A stretch of 61,682 bases of DNA, the filler included. It is 8 parts of 8 records of this genome, joined end to end, with 100 filler letters (N's around TTAATTAATTAA, not from the genome) between each part and the next. Parts side by side here need not be neighbours in the genome. Positions count along the whole stretch, not along the records: positions 6,212 to 16,168 come from SRR31147125_16916; positions 16,269 to 23,783 come from SRR31147125_16941; positions 23,884 to 29,174 come from SRR31147125_16963; 5 more parts are not named here. One strand, 5' to 3'. The notes beneath the pieces are model-generated. The model was not told where the DNA came from. It did not search any database and saw only the letters and a program-made list of their open reading frames with translations. Position 1 is the stretch's first letter; each line of letters opens with the position of its first letter. Shown in pieces: positions 14,075-26,281 of the stretch. The translations under genes and the position numbers were made by a program.

Positions 14075-16168
14075 CTATTTAATCAACGTTGTTTTTCCAA
14101 CTAAACGAATACGACTCTCAAGTGTAGTTGTTGTTTCAGCATCATTTGATCCAACCATAGCTGCTTGTTCTCCTCCAACTGAAATATTAAACCAGCCTGG
14201 TTCAATCACCCGTTGTTCCTTTTTATTAATGATCGAAAACTGTCTTGGATCAATTGTAAAGCTAACTGTTTTTGTCTCACCCTTTTTCAAATGAATGCGT
14301 TCAAACCCTTCAAGCTGACGAATAGGTCGCACTGTTGATGCTTTTTCATCGGTTAGGTATAACTGAACAACTTCATCTCCATCAACATTTCCAGTGTTGC
14401 TAACATCAACCGAAACTACAACAGGTTTATTAATCTCAGTTTTCTCGGGAAGTTGAAGATTCGAATATTCATAAGTTGTATAGCTTAATCCGAATCCGAA
14501 AGGATACAACGGTTCATCTTTAAAATATCGATAAGTTCGACCTACCATGTCATAATTCTCAAAATCGGGGAGTTGGTCAACAGATTTATAATAAGTTACC
14601 GGCAAGCGCCCTGCAGGATTATAGTCACCAAAAATAACATCGGCAATTGCATTTCCACCCTGCTGCCCCGGGTAGCCGGCAGTTAAAATAGCAGGAACAT
14701 TTTCAGCAGCCCAATTAATAGAAAGCGCACTGCCATTAATAAGCACTAGAATAATTGGCTTACCTGTAGCAGCAATAGCCTTCATCAGCTCTGCCTGAAC
14801 TTTAGGAATATCCAAATGGGTACGGTCTCCACCAGAGAAACCATCCAGTTCTATTTTCATTTCCTCGCCTTCCAAACGTTCATTAAGCCCAAGAACCAGT
14901 ACAACAGCATCTGATTTCTTTGCAACAGCAACAGCTTCGGTTTTCATATCCTTCCGAGGAACTGACCACATCATTTTAGCCATCGCATCTCCGTAAAAAT
15001 TTCTATATTTTACTTCAATCTGATATTTCTTTCCTGCCTGCATTTCAATTTCCCCGGTACTATTAACTTTTAAGTGGTGCAAGCGATTACCCCCGCTTAT
15101 CTTTTTCCCCTCCACAAAAATTTCCATTTCAGGTTTTCCCCAATCTGTTAAATAGTATGTTCCTGTTTCTGGAGCAATAATATATCCAGACCAACGAATA
15201 CTATAATCCCCCATTTTCAACCCAGGATGTGGAGTTCCAATATCCCATACGAAATCTATGTTATCGTCAGTTTGTGCGAATAAAGGCTCACCCTCAAACT
15301 CTTTATTATTAAAATATTCACCTGTTAACCCCTGAGATCCCTCCATTGTTTCGAGGTAAATTGACGGAATCACTTCCATAGTTGGAATGCCTTCAGCCAT
15401 GTCGCTTCCTTTGGCAAACAATACTTTTGTTTGAGGTTCAACTTTATTCTTTACTCCTTGCAAAACGGTTATTGGATTTGATGGAATACCATTGTAATTT
15501 CCCCAAAGCGAAAGAACATTATCAGCATTTGGGCCGATAACAGCAATTGTTTCCAGCGATTTTGAAAGTGGCAAAGTTTGAGATGCATTCTTTAGTAGTA
15601 CAATACTTTCTTGCGCTGCCTTTCTGGCCAGATTATCATGAGCAGCATTGTTATTTACCGAGAATGGAATCTGGGCAAACTCAAACTTTTCAATCGGATC
15701 AAACATTCCCAACTTAAAACGAGCTTTGAATAATCTTTTCACTGCCACATCAATTTCAGCTTCCTTAATCAATCCTTTTTCAAAAGCTTCATCCAATGAC
15801 TCATAGGTACTTCCGCAATTCAGATCACATCCTCTTTTTACAGCAAGAGCAGCAGCTGAAGCAGCATCGGGTTCTACTTTATGGTATTTCCAAATATCAG
15901 AAATTGCTCCACAATCAGAAACCACGTATCCATCAAAACCCCATTCGTCACGAAGAATTGCAAACAGGTCTCTGCTGGCACAACATGCTTCACCTTTGAA
16001 CCGATTGTATGCACCCATCACCGAATAAACACCGGCATCTTTTACCAGGGTGCGGAATGCAGGAAGGTAAGTTTCACGTAAATCTAACTCACTTACATTT
16101 GCATCAAATTCGTGCCGCAATGGTTCTGGCCCTGAATGAACCGCATAATGCTTGGCTGTAGCAACAAC
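14075..16168 (-). CDS. GH3 beta-glucosidase/xylosidase with PA14 insert and Fn3-like C-domain (5' truncated)
   Basis: KHYAVHSGPE, YVVSDCGA nucleophile motif, GDYNPAGRLPVTYY, DEVVQLY. Confidence 0.95.
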   Translation of the reverse strand, partial: VVATAKHYAVHSGPEPLRHEFDANVSELDLRETYLPAFRTLVKDAGVYSVMGAYNRFKGEACCASRDLFAILRDEWGFDGYVVSDCGAISDIWKYHKVEPDAASAAALAVKRGCDLNCGSTYESLDEAFEKGLIKEAEIDVAVKRLFKARFKLGMFDPIEKFEFAQIPFSVNNNAAHDNLARKAAQESIVLLKNASQTLPLSKSLETIAVIGPNADNVLSLWGNYNGIPSNPITVLQGVKNKVEPQTKVLFAKGSDMAEGIPTMEVIPSIYLETMEGSQGLTGEYFNNKEFEGEPLFAQTDDNIDFVWDIGTPHPGLKMGDYSIRWSGYIIAPETGTYYLTDWGKPEMEIFVEGKKISGGNRLHHLKVNSTGEIEMQAGKKYQIEVKYRNFYGDAMAKMMWSVPRKDMKTEAVAVAKKSDAVVLVLGLNERLEGEEMKIELDGFSGGDRTHLDIPKVQAELMKAIAATGKPIILVLINGSALSINWAAENVPAILTAGYPGQQGGNAIADVIFGDYNPAGRLPVTYYKSVDQLPDFENYDMVGRTYRYFKDEPLYPFGFGLSYTTYEYSNLQLPEKTEINKPVVVSVDVSNTGNVDGDEVVQLYLTDEKASTVRPIRQLEGFERIHLKKGETKTVSFTIDPRQFSIINKKEQRVIEPGWFNISVGGEQAAMVGSNDAETTTTLESRIRLVGKTTLIK

Positions 16169-16268
16169 NNNNNNNNNNNNNNNNNNNNNNNNNNNNNNNN
16201 NNNNNNNNNNNNTTAATTAATTAANNNNNNNNNNNNNNNNNNNNNNNNNNNNNNNNNNNNNNNNNNNN
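16169..16268. other. Artificial contig spacer
   Basis: N/TTAATTAATTAA/N linker. Confidence 0.99.
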
Positions 16269-17010
16269 GAGTTCCGACAGAAATCTGTCTATATGATAAC
16301 TTACCTGTAATAACAGTATCACTGCCGGCTCTGGTAAGAATCAAATCATTTGCACTGAAGAGATTTGAGGCAAAGCTATTTTCCAGAAAATCAAAATTAT
16401 CCTGAAACAGGATATTATTACTGCTGAAATTGAGACTCAGCTCCGCCGAAGCAGAAAACTGATAAAAGGTATGCGGGATTATTTTATCATTGTTGAGTGC
16501 AAAGACCTGCAGATTCTGCGCATTATTATCTGTACGCAGGAGTCCGACAATATTACTGATAAAGCAGTCAAAACTAGTGCTGTCTATCGCTGCTGCTGCA
16601 ATATTTGAATGAGTAGTCAACTCGCATACTTCATGCTGAAGCGAGGTATTGTTCTCCTGCAGCATAATATTACTCTGCTGAAGCACCTTGTTTTTCTGCT
16701 TATTCTTCAACCTCCCCGCAAGCCCGAAGAAGATACACCCCGCACTCCAGAATAGAATAAAACAAAGCAGCTTCACCGCAGCTGCCGGCAGAGTATTATA
16801 ACTCAACTTAACAGCGAGAAAACAGAGCAATATTGCAGTTATTATACCACCAGCATTGATAAATAATTCACTGGTGAATATGCCTGTCGCACAATCTGGC
16901 TCTTTACAGCAATAATGAGGCTCGTCACCTCCAACTATTTTCTTAATATCAAATAAGCTTTTCAAGAATCTAATAACAGTTTTAACTCTGCATATTATCT
17001 TGCTACACAT
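16269..17010 (-). CDS. Hypothetical membrane protein, N-terminal part (3' truncated)
   Basis: Open frame with two hydrophobic helices followed by a coiled-coil-like stretch; no family recognised; start uncertain. Confidence 0.55.
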
Positions 17011-17142
17011 TTTTTTCCACCTTATTCTGTCAGAATAGTACACAGTTATCTAACTTATCGACAAAATAAGGGAAATATACAGCAATAATCTCATTTTTCT
17101 CAAAAATTTGTTATATATATTTCACATAAGAGCAAAATTATA

Positions 17143-18900
17143 TTACTCAACGACTATCGGCAACACCAGAGTAAAGACCGACCCCTCTCCTACAGCACTT
17201 TCAAGTTCAACCCTGCCATCATGGAGCATAGCGATGTGCTTGACAATTGAGAGTCCCAGACCTGTGCCACCTTCATTTCTACTCCTTGCTTTATCAGTTC
17301 TGAAGAAACGTTCAAAGATACGTTCCTGAAACTCAACCGCAACTCCTATCCCCTGATCTGCTACTGCAATTCTGGCAATTCTCCCCTGAATCTCAACAGA
17401 GATATCAACCCTGCCTCCCTCTTCACTATATCTTGCAGCATTGGTAAGAAGATTTATAACTGCCTGCTCAAGAAAGTTGGAATTACAGGAGACCTCCTCA
17501 CTCCCATCGTAATAATAACCTACCGTTATCTTTTTCTTCATAAACTTATCACTGGTAAGTGCTATCGAACTCGATATAAGCATACCCAGAGGCAACCTCT
17601 CTCTAGTCATGTTTACCCCGCTATCGAGTCGGGAAAGGATCAGCAGATCATCAATAATCGTTGCCATTCTCCTGGACTGTTCAAATATTATCTTCAGAAA
17701 CCTGAGAGAACTCTCCTTGTCATCAACAGCCCCATCGAGAAGTGTCTCAACAAAACCTACAACAGAGGTTATCGGAGTCCTAAGCTCATGTGAAACATTG
17801 GCAACAAAATCCTGTCTGGTCTGCTCAAGACGGAAGATTCTGGTCAGGTCGTTGAATACCAGCAAAATCCCAGCTTCATCACCGAGCCGCATTACCCGCA
17901 CCAACACATTCTTACCTGAAGGAAGCAACTCAAGCATCTTCTCTGCCTCATTTATTCTTCCGGCTATACAATCATCAACAAGGGTATGAATCTCAGGAAC
18001 TCTGATAACAGCATAGAGTAATGCCCCCGGCTTGAATTCTTCCTGCCCGTCAAAGATATTCTCTGCAGCCTTGTTGGCATACATTACATGGGATTCATGA
18101 TTGAGCGCAACCACACCCTCAGTCATACTCTCCAGCACCATATTCTTCTCTGTACGCTCCTTATCCAGCGCAACAATCTTACTCCCTATCTCTTTTGCCA
18201 TATAATTAAGCGTATTGGTTGTACGGCTTATTTCATAAATATCCGACGGTTCAATCTTAAAATCATAATTATCTGTAGAAAACTGCTCTGCTCCCAGTCG
18301 CATATGCTCAAGAGACCTGGCGATCTGTCTGGAGATAAGATAAGCAAGAAGCGTGGAAAATATCAGAGAGACGACACCTGAAAGAACTATTTCCCAGATA
18401 AATTCATTGATATTATCATGGATTCCTGATAACGGATAACTTACCCGAATCACCCCAACCACCTGTTTGTCAATCTCTAGCGGTGTTCCAGCATACATCA
18501 TCTGCAGTTTAAGCTCATTACTATAACGTATATTTACAGCACTTTTGCCATACAGGGCAGATTTGATCTCCGGCCTAGTAGCGTGATTTTCCATGATAGC
18601 GGCATTTTTTTCGCTGTCAAACTCAACCACACCTTCAATGGATACTACAGTAATACGCATATCACCATCTGCCGCAATCTGAGTGAAATACTCTCTTGCT
18701 GTATGCGAAAGCCTGCCTTTATAAATCGTTTTATAACTCTGAGTAATTATTTTACCGAATTTAAAAAGCTCAACCTCTTTCTCTTTTATATAATTACTTT
18801 CATAACTACTGGTAATAAAAAATGAGATCAGCAGCAGTACCCCGATAAGGACAAATATAAACGGCAGCAGGACTACCCAGAGAAATTTTCGCTCTCTCAT
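17143..18900 (-). CDS. phoR: PhoR-like sensor histidine kinase
   Basis: MENHATRPEI periplasmic motif, HAMP, PAS, DFVANVSHELRTP, RIFERFFRTDKARSR, GGTGLGLSIVKH. Confidence 0.85.
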   Translation of the reverse strand: MRERKFLWVVLLPFIFVLIGVLLLISFFITSSYESNYIKEKEVELFKFGKIITQSYKTIYKGRLSHTAREYFTQIAADGDMRITVVSIEGVVEFDSEKNAAIMENHATRPEIKSALYGKSAVNIRYSNELKLQMMYAGTPLEIDKQVVGVIRVSYPLSGIHDNINEFIWEIVLSGVVSLIFSTLLAYLISRQIARSLEHMRLGAEQFSTDNYDFKIEPSDIYEISRTTNTLNYMAKEIGSKIVALDKERTEKNMVLESMTEGVVALNHESHVMYANKAAENIFDGQEEFKPGALLYAVIRVPEIHTLVDDCIAGRINEAEKMLELLPSGKNVLVRVMRLGDEAGILLVFNDLTRIFRLEQTRQDFVANVSHELRTPITSVVGFVETLLDGAVDDKESSLRFLKIIFEQSRRMATIIDDLLILSRLDSGVNMTRERLPLGMLISSSIALTSDKFMKKKITVGYYYDGSEEVSCNSNFLEQAVINLLTNAARYSEEGGRVDISVEIQGRIARIAVADQGIGVAVEFQERIFERFFRTDKARSRNEGGTGLGLSIVKHIAMLHDGRVELESAVGEGSVFTLVLPIVVE

Positions 18901-19586
18901 ACATCCTCCTGAAAACGATAGCCAACCCCTCTGACAGTCTCAATAAGAGCTCCGGCTTTGCCCATCTTCTTACGCAACCCGACAATCTGCACATCTACAG
19001 CTCTATCTGTCACTACCGCATCTTCCCCACGTACAGCATCGAGAATCTGATTGCGAGTAAATACCCAGCCAGGTCTCCCTGAAAGATACTTGACCAGCCT
19101 ATACTCCGTATCAGTCAAATCAAGCTTTTTCTCACCAATAAGCACTTGGTGCTTCTGTGGATAGATAGACAATTCACCCCTGATAATAACCTCACTATCA
19201 TCAAGCTCTTCCGCAGCTTCATTGCGCCTGAGAACAGCCTTGATACGAGCTATGAGAATTTTCGGACTGAACGGTTTGACCATATAATCATCTGCGCCCA
19301 TCTCCAGCCCGACAATCACATCTGTCTCTTCTCCCTTGGCTGTAAGCATTATAATCGGTATTGCAGGGTTCTTCCCTTTGAGTTTACGACATACCTCCAA
19401 CCCATCCATCCCCGGCAGCATCAGGTCAAGCAGTACCAGATCAGGCACCTGCTCCAGCGCAGCCTCCAGACCTTCTTCACCATTACCCACAGTCGCTACT
19501 GCCCAGCCAGCTTTCCGTAGATTATACGCCACAAGCTCCTGAATATTCTCATCATCCTCAATCATCAAAATATTATATTTTGTCAT
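18897..19586 (-). CDS. phoB: PhoB/PhoP-like OmpR-family response regulator
   Basis: LLDLMLPGMDG, LTAKGEE, GADDYMVKPFS, IETVRGVGY; overlaps phoR by 4 nt. Confidence 0.85.
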   Translation of the reverse strand: MTKYNILMIEDDENIQELVAYNLRKAGWAVATVGNGEEGLEAALEQVPDLVLLDLMLPGMDGLEVCRKLKGKNPAIPIIMLTAKGEETDVIVGLEMGADDYMVKPFSPKILIARIKAVLRRNEAAEELDDSEVIIRGELSIYPQKHQVLIGEKKLDLTDTEYRLVKYLSGRPGWVFTRNQILDAVRGEDAVVTDRAVDVQIVGLRKKMGKAGALIETVRGVGYRFQEDV

Positions 19587-19682
19587 ATCTTATTTCTTTC
19601 CCGAATTCTGCTTTATCGCAATAACTCTGTTAAAATTCATATTTGTAATTATCCTTATCGATTATTATAATATAACTATTAA

Positions 19683-19699
19683 TGTTAGATCTTTGTTAG
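19683..19699 (-). promoter_or_regulatory. Putative pho-box-like tandem repeat
   Basis: Minus strand CTAACA-AAGAT-CTAACA (11-bp period) about 100 nt upstream of phoB. Confidence 0.45.
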
Positions 19700-19870
19700 T
19701 GCAGCATAAATACTTTATTATATTATTATACTATAATAGTAACTGGTTATGCCACTCAAGAGAAATTCATAATTATCATGTTTACCCAGTAAAAATTACG
19801 GATAGCTCTGGCAATCCAAAGCTATCCGTAATAAGACTATCTCTAATAAAAGTTTTCTATTCAGAAAGTA

Positions 19871-21499
<1,629 letters not shown>

Positions 21500-21719
21500 T
21501 CAAAGCCCCTGTATTTAAGATATTATTATAATTAAAAAAATCAATTAATTCTAATTATCAGGATTTTATTTATCATGACAAGAGAGAAGTAGAATTATTG
21601 GAGTATAATCTGCATATTTTCTCAAACTTCAAAAAAAACTCGCCTGATATTGATTTTTCATAATAAATATATATGATAGATTTACGAATAAAACTGATAA
21701 AAGCACTGAAAATAATCCT

Positions 21720-22255
21720 ATGGCTCAAATAAAACTACCACAACCTGTAAAACTAATCACCGGCATTCTGGCTTCCGATGCTGAAGCACTCGAAATTGCC
21801 AGAGAAAGAATCACCTCTCTCTGGGGTGAAACAGAGATATATTCAGGCGAACTCCTTTTAATTATTCACAATACTATAAAAATGAGGCTGGAGAGAATAT
21901 TATCCGAGCTTTTCTCTCTTTCAAAAAGCCTATGCAGCGTGAAGAGCTTATTGAGAAAAAACTCCAGAGCAATCAACTTGAGGATACTCTGGCAGCAACG
22001 CTCAATAACGGTTTCTCCCGTCCTGTCAACATCGACCCGGGTTATCTCGCCCCAGAGAAGCTTGTATTAGCAAGCTGCAAAAATTTCGCCCATAGAATAT
22101 ATTTAGGGCAAGGAGTCTTTGCTGAAGTGACTCTCTTGTATAAAGCTGGTAAATTTGTAACTCTGGACTGGACATTTCCTGATTACAGCTGTGGCGATTA
22201 CTTCCCATTCTTTTATAAAGTAAGAAAAATTCTGATGTCAGAGAGGGATATGTAA
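21720..22255 (+). CDS. DUF4416-family protein (frameshift near 21855)
   Basis: PQPVKLITGIL start joins RPVNIDPGYL...LVLASCKNFAHRIYLGQGVFAEVTL...WTFPDY. Confidence 0.8.
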
Positions 22256-23036
22256 TGGAAAAGTATCGAGTATGTACCCTTGCCAGTGGCTCCTCTGGAA
22301 ATTCTGTCTATATTGAATCAACTGAAGGCGCTATCCTGATAGATGCCGGCATCAGCGGTAAAGCAATAGAAGCTGGCATACGCAGAGTAGATGGTGACAG
22401 CGGGAAAATTCAAGGAATAATCCTCACTCACAGCCATAGCGATCACTCAAAGAGTGCCGGCATTATTGCCCGCAAATATAATATACCAGTCTATACCACC
22501 AAGGCAGCCCATGCTGACTGCGTAAAAAGACTTGGGCAGAACGTCACTTATAATTTTTTCAAACCAGCTGAGAAGCTCACCCTCGCCGGTTTTACTATCG
22601 AGACAATACCTACCCCACACGATGCTGCCGAGTCGGTGGCTCTAATATTTGAGAAAGATAGTATCCGTTGCGGCATTCTGACAGATCTTGGTCATATATT
22701 CTATAAACTACAGAAAGAGATATCGACCCTTGATGCGGTAATTCTTGAAAGTAATTATGACCCTGACATGCTCGAGCATGGTCGTATCCATGGCATCTCA
22801 AGAAGCGTATCTCATCAAAAGCAGGACATATTTCCAATGAAGAAGCGGCCTATCTTCTTCTTCATAATTCAGGAGAGAAACTTCAGGCAGTCATGCTGGC
22901 GCACCTCAGCAACAAAAACAACACCCCAGAGAAAGCCTTGCAGTGCCATGTAGACATACTCAAGGAATCAGACAAAAAATTCAAACTTATGGTCGCCCCC
23001 AGAAGCGAACCTTCTGAGATTATCTCGCTAAAATAG
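22255..23036 (+). CDS. YycJ-like MBL-fold hydrolase (frameshift near 22783)
   Basis: LASGSSGN, THSHSDH, TPHDA, LESNYD; alternate frame continues YPWHLKKRI...GHISNEEAA...LAHLSNKNN to TAG at 23036. Confidence 0.88.
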
Positions 23037-23119
23037 TTTTATTATATGGTGATTGCATCCACATATCCCTGCAATACCAATATACCCCTGAGTAAAATAT
23101 AATTCGGACAAGGAAAGTA

Positions 23120-23783
23120 ATGTTAGCAAAACTATATTCAATAGCAATCTCAGGAATTGATGCTATACCGGTCGAGGTCGAGCTGGATATCAGTTCCGGC
23201 ATAGTAGGACTACGCATGGTTGGACTGCCTGATAAAGCGGTGCAGGAAGCAAGCGAAAGAGTTCATGCAGCTCTCAAAAACAGTAATTATTCTTTTCCTC
23301 AACGGAAGATGATTGTCAACTTCGCTCCGGCGGAGCTGAAAAAAGAAGGTACAGTCTACGACCTATCACTGGCGCTGGCTATTATGCTGGCATCAGAACA
23401 GCTTGAGACCGAGGTTGCAGATAACTATCTGATTCTCGGTGAACTCGCACTTGATGGCAAGATACGTGGTGTTCGTGGAGTCCTTGCCGCAGCAATCACC
23501 GCAAAACAGCACGGCTTCAAAGGTATTATAATCCCCAAATGCAATGCAGCAGAAGCTGCTGCCCTCAAAGAAGATACAGAGATTATTGCTGTCTCGACCC
23601 TGACAGAAGCCGTAGGTTTTCTGGCAGGTGAATTTACCCCGCAGAGTATAGCCGAGATAGCTGCCGAGAATGAAGTGGAAGAGCTTGAACTGCCATTCTG
23701 CTTCTCAGATGTTAGAGGACAGGAGCGGATAAAACGAGCAATGGAAGTAGCCGCTGCAGGCAGACACAACATCCTGCTGATGG
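23120..23783 (+). CDS. comM: ComM/YifB Mg-chelatase-like ATPase (3' truncated)
   Basis: VGLPDKAVQEASERV, NFAPAELKKEG, GELALDG, FSDVRGQ, AAAGRHNILLM. Confidence 0.9.
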
Positions 23784-23883
23784 NNNNNNNNNNNNNNNNN
23801 NNNNNNNNNNNNNNNNNNNNNNNNNNNTTAATTAATTAANNNNNNNNNNNNNNNNNNNNNNNNNNNNNNNNNNNNNNNNNNNN
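23784..23883. other. Artificial contig spacer
   Basis: N/TTAATTAATTAA/N linker. Confidence 0.99.
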
Positions 23884-24044
23884 CACCAGATGCTATGGTT
23901 AATGAAATCATAATACGTCGTGTAAAAAGCAAGCCCATCTTAAATCTGGTTTTGGACAGCCAAGAAGGCAATGCTGGTATTGAAACTAGACTAGAAAGCT
24001 TTATTGATATAATAAAATTTAGAAAGGAAAGTATAAATGAGTGA
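23884..24044 (+). CDS. C-terminal fragment of an acyl-CoA dehydratase activase-related protein (DUF2229-like)
   Basis: PDAMVNEIII...PILNLVLDSQEGNAGIETRLESFIDII; overlaps the next start. Confidence 0.75.
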
Positions 24045-25101
24045 TATAAGAGTTACATTCCCCCATTTAGGCAGTTATTACGTTCCTTTCGAAGTTTTAT
24101 TTACAAAAGGCTTAGAAGTGGAATACATTACACCACCGCCAATCACACAAAAAACTTTAGATATTGGCAGTAAATATAGTCCTGATTTTGTATGTGCACC
24201 ATTTAAGTACAACTTAGGAAACTTTATTGAATCCATTGAAGCTGGGGCAAATACCTTGCTGCAAGTAGGCGGAGAATGCCGATTGCAATATTACGGCGAA
24301 CTACATGAGCAGATTATTGATGACTTAGGCTATGATGTAAAGTTTGTAAATCTTTCAAGTGCTAATCTTAAAAATCCAAAATCTTTGTATGACCACTTAA
24401 AAATAATTAACCCTCAAATGTCGCTAAAAAAGGTGATTAAGATACTGACCATTGTTATTGATATGGCGAAATATATTGACGAGTCTGAGGACTATATTAG
24501 AAAAAATATTGGGTTTGAAAAAATATCAGGTTCTTTTGATACATTGCAAAAAGAATTTTTAAGTGACCTTAGAAACGTTACCACAAAAAAGCAATTACGA
24601 GTAATCGCACATAAACACTTAAAAGAGCTGAAAAACATTCCTACAGATAAGCCTAGCAATCCTCTTCATGTAGGAATAATCGGCGAGTATTATACCATAA
24701 TGGAACCTTTCAGTAATCATTTTATCGAAAAAGAATTGGCGAAAATGGGTATTGTTGTTGATAGATGGATGAATGTATCCAATTCTATGTTTACTGATGC
24801 TAGAAAAAAAGCTAAAGAACATATCTCACATTATGCAAAATACAATATGGGAGCAACATGCATGATGACTCTCGATAAGGCTATTCATTGGGCAAAGAAA
24901 AAGTATGATGGAATTATTCATGTGAAATCATTTGGCTGCACGCCAGAAACTGATGTAATACCTGTACTTCAAAATATTAGTTCAGATTATAAAATTCCGA
25001 TACTCTTTTTCAGCTTTGATTCACAAACAAGCGAAACAGGTATCAAAACTAGGCTTGAAGCTTTCTATGACATGATACAAATGCGAAAGGAAAAACTATG
25101 A
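24037..25101 (+). CDS. 2-hydroxyacyl-CoA dehydratase-related subunit
   Basis: VTFPHLG, SPDFVCAPFKYNLG, GGECR, FGCTPE, FDSQTSETGIKTRLEAF. Confidence 0.85.
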   Translation: MSDIRVTFPHLGSYYVPFEVLFTKGLEVEYITPPPITQKTLDIGSKYSPDFVCAPFKYNLGNFIESIEAGANTLLQVGGECRLQYYGELHEQIIDDLGYDVKFVNLSSANLKNPKSLYDHLKIINPQMSLKKVIKILTIVIDMAKYIDESEDYIRKNIGFEKISGSFDTLQKEFLSDLRNVTTKKQLRVIAHKHLKELKNIPTDKPSNPLHVGIIGEYYTIMEPFSNHFIEKELAKMGIVVDRWMNVSNSMFTDARKKAKEHISHYAKYNMGATCMMTLDKAIHWAKKKYDGIIHVKSFGCTPETDVIPVLQNISSDYKIPILFFSFDSQTSETGIKTRLEAFYDMIQMRKEKL

Positions 25102-26057
25102 AAGAAAAAGCATATTTAGGGTTAGATATAGGATCAATCTCCACAAAAGGCATTATAGTTGATGAGAATAACAACATTTTAGCAAGTGAATATTTATGGA
25201 CGGAAGCCGATCCCATCGGTGCTGTCAAAAGGTTAATACCAATATTAGAAAATCAATTTGACAAAGAAAACTATAATGTCGTCTCAGTAGGAGTAACAGG
25301 AAGTGCCCGTAAATTAATAGGCACTATAACAGGTGCAAGTGTTGTGAAAAATGAAATAACAGCACACGCTATTGGCACAATGTCCCTATATCCTGATGTT
25401 AGAACAGTATTCGAAATCGGCGGACAGGATTCAAAAATTATATTAATAGAAAACGGATTTATTGTAGACTATGCCATGAACACATTGTGCGCGGCAGGAA
25501 CAGGTTCGTTCCTTTCTAGCCAAGCCGCTAGACTAGGTGTTAGCGTAGAGGACTTCGGACAAATTGCATTAGCTTCAAAAAAGCCTACGAAAATAGCAGC
25601 TAGATGTACTGTATTTGCAGAATCCGACTTAATACATAAAGCCCAAATCGGACATAAAAAAGAGGATATTATTGCTGGTCTTTGCCAGGCTGTAGTAACA
25701 AACTATTTAAACAATGTAGGAAAAGGCAAAAAAATCGTTGCTCCTATTGTTTTTCAGGGCGGAGTTAGCAAAAATATTGGCGTTAAAAAAGCATTTGAAA
25801 AAACAATTGGACATGAAGTAACTGTAGACCCAAATAGTCATTTGATCGGTGCTCTCGGTTCTGCAATTCTAGCAAAGAAATCTAAAATCGAAAAAGTATT
25901 CGATTTCAAAATAGCCGAGTTCGATTTTGTTACAAAGGGTGTTGAATGCCGTAAATGCGCAAATAACTGCGAAATCATCTGTATATACCAAAATAATTCT
26001 TTAATTGATGCATGGGGTAATAAGTGCGACAAAGGGGCTATTAAAATATCGTCTTAG
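25098..26057 (+). CDS. CoA-substrate-specific enzyme activase (HgdC/BcrAD-type ATPase)
   Basis: LGLDIGSIST, EIGGQDSK, MNTLCAAGTGSFL, RCTVFAES. Confidence 0.93.
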   Translation: MKEKAYLGLDIGSISTKGIIVDENNNILASEYLWTEADPIGAVKRLIPILENQFDKENYNVVSVGVTGSARKLIGTITGASVVKNEITAHAIGTMSLYPDVRTVFEIGGQDSKIILIENGFIVDYAMNTLCAAGTGSFLSSQAARLGVSVEDFGQIALASKKPTKIAARCTVFAESDLIHKAQIGHKKEDIIAGLCQAVVTNYLNNVGKGKKIVAPIVFQGGVSKNIGVKKAFEKTIGHEVTVDPNSHLIGALGSAILAKKSKIEKVFDFKIAEFDFVTKGVECRKCANNCEIICIYQNNSLIDAWGNKCDKGAIKISS

Positions 26058-26089
26058 CTAACTGGCTTAACACTATATTTATTAAAAAA

Positions 26090-26122
26090 TGGGTATGCAA
26101 AACTGATTAAGCGTACCCTTTT
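26090..26122 (+). terminator. Possible rho-independent terminator
   Basis: GGGTATGC...GCGTACCC followed by TTTT after the activase gene. Confidence 0.5.
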
Positions 26123-26281
26123 ATTATTACTGTTTAGCTATATTTTATCCGTGCATAAAAACCTATCATTTTACATTATTAAGCAAATTACTTAATAGAA
26201 TATTATTATTAATGAATGTATAATTAGCAGTACAAGCTTATTCCTATTGAAAGCTATACCTGATTAAAAGGAGACTGTTTA

